A program made the translations under genes and the position numbers. Positions 62,300 through 64,000 of a stretch of 64,000 nucleotides of DNA are shown in pieces. Origin of the DNA: Raillietiella orientalis. Its lineage: Eukaryota. Every line of letters starts with the position of its first letter. Position 1 is the stretch's first letter. The notes below the pieces were generated by a model that was not told where the DNA came from, made no database searches, and saw nothing but the letters and a program-made list of their open reading frames with translations. Where the stretch lies: NCBI GenBank assembly GCA_036172245.1, contig JAYWIR010000008.1, positions 434,001 through 498,000 of the forward strand, read 5' to 3'.

Positions 62300-63242
62300 G
62301 CCTAGGTGCTAACTCAGGAGCTCTCGGAGGCGCCGCTCCGCGCCATTGGATTGGAGGAGACATTGGGACGAATGGGGCAGCATCTGAACTGCTGTTCAGA
62401 AGACCACCTGTAGGTTCCCGGCTGCAGAGCTAACACTACTGCCATACCCACTAGAAGCGATGAGCGTTTACGACCGTGCGTGCAGGGGAGGAGGAGGAGG
62501 AAGGGAGGAGGAGAGGAGGGAGAGGGGATGAGAAGGGAAGTAGAAAGAGAAGACTTGCAAAAAGTCTCTTCGTAATGCCACGAGGCACATCGAACGCTCC
62601 GCTGCCAAGACAACACTTCGCCACGATGAGCCGGCTAACAGACTGAGGAGAAATGGCTGCGACGAACCGGGGCCCGATTTTTTCCAGCCAATCCTTTCCC
62701 CGGGGTAGATCCCAGCCTTCTGACCACGCGTATCCTTTCCAAACGACGGGAAGGGATCAATTCGACGTCGTTGTCCGTCCCTTCGAGACAAGCGTTAGCC
62801 CTACCAAGCCTGAAAAGACTTCGAGAAGAGTAAAGAGCAGTATTTGTCAACCCGGTGAAAAATGGCGATAGAGCGTCCCGGAGGACCGCTGACAGTCCCC
62901 ATCGCCTGCATGCGAGGGGCAACGAAACCACTCAGTCCGAATTCCGAGGCACAAGGGCATCTTCGAATGCTCGCGGGAGGGCTGACCCAAATCCAGTGAG
63001 CCGAGTAGTTCCCGGCCCGACTCAAGACCCCGGGAATCACTTGAAACCCTTTGAGGCCGCTCCATTCCATTCCCTATATATTTGTTTCTTTATTTGTTGT
63101 CCAACCTTCCTCCCTGGTTCCGTGTCCTGTCTTTGAGCAGTCCCTTTGGGTTCCGGTTGATCCTGTCTATCCTTCTCTGTCCACGGCCGTGAAATCTGAT
63201 TTCTTCCTTTCAAAGAGATGGCCCGGTTATCCAGGATGAGAA
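62300..63242 (+). mobile_element. Degenerate LINE 3' portion
   Basis: T-rich UTR at 63065-63110 and a terminal CCCGG-TTAT-CCAGG-like motif at 63222-63235. Confidence 0.4.
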
Positions 63243-63299
63243 GGAAGGGGAAAGAGTAACTCCTGGCTCGGCGTTTCTCCAGTAAAGGAGTGCTAACAG

Positions 63300-64000
63300 G
63301 AGGCACCACTGCAGGAGCCCTCCTCAGTGCTCGGGACCCAGGTGACGACAAGGCATCAGAGGAACTGGGAGGAGGAAAGGGGAGGAGAGCACAGTAAACT
63401 GAAAGGAAGCAGCACAACAACGATTCCGGAGGCTGCGCTGGAACACACAGGACGGACCTGTCGAGTGCGAGGAGGTCACAAACTGAAGAATGACCGCCAT
63501 CTTCTACGGTCGCAATACCGCGGTCACTGTGGAGATCGCAGATGGCATCCACGGCATCTCGCGCGCCCTTCTGTGGAGTGTGTGTTAGACGTCCGTCAAC
63601 AGCAACGCTGCGGTGATGAGTCGTGCGTTGACCAAGTCGCCCGCTCCAGAGGCCGACCGCTGCCGCTTCGCTTTAGGGAAGCCAGCGCTCCGACCGAGGG
63701 CTGAGGATGTGAGTGAATCCCCTACAACCGAATTCACCATCTCTGGAGGATTGTCTTGGGTCTGACTCGATCGACCTCGTCGTTACAAATGTGTACAGAC
63801 CGAGTGACGCTGAGTGGCGTGCCGAGAGAATATAGTTCATCGGTGCCTTTCAGAACCAGAGGCTCGCTAGCTCCTGCCCAAGGGTGGCTCACCTCATTGC
63901 AAGGGACTTCAGCGTCCACCTGCTTTCAGAGGAGATCCACTACCACAGGTAGTGGATATTTACCATAGGTAAATATCGCTGGTGGAAGAGTTGTGCGCGT
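63300..64000 (-). mobile_element. LINE 3' fragment running off the window
   Basis: DAEVPCNEVSHPW...ILQRW ~ LEVPCNARVHHW...ILQRM. UTR motif ACGGACCTG is shared with 43324. Confidence 0.55.

Overview
Eukaryotic (animal-type) genomic DNA made up mostly of decayed transposable elements. I can support only two host-gene pieces: a GAS2-like calponin-homology exon (1056-1232, minus) and a strongly diverged PP2A scaffold-A-like gene with a 50-bp intron (54488-55072, plus). The rest is dominated by about 15 nested, frameshifted copies of an L1/Tx1-clade LINE (one near full length, 5754-11150), plus probable remnants of Gypsy, RLE-type non-LTR and hAT elements. Four structures stand out. (1) An unannotated ~1-kb SINE-like element, here called 'X' (4 independent copies plus one recent duplicate), with a tRNA-like B-box head, a body of repeated UUCG-type hairpins and an A-rich tail. 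Four LINE 3' ends abut or interrupt X, two of them with target-site duplications. (2) A conserved 3'-terminal signature on the LINEs: AATAAA, then a CCCGG-N5-CCGGG stem-loop, then only 2-4 A. (3) A ~99.5%-identical 1311-bp inverted duplication of an X::LINE chimera, inserted without a TSD just before the YADD motif of another LINE. (4) Many fold-back palindromes and locally templated insertions. No prokaryotic features, CRISPR arrays, rRNA or intact tRNA genes were seen. All family calls come from manual motif recognition, not database searches, and most element boundaries are approximate.
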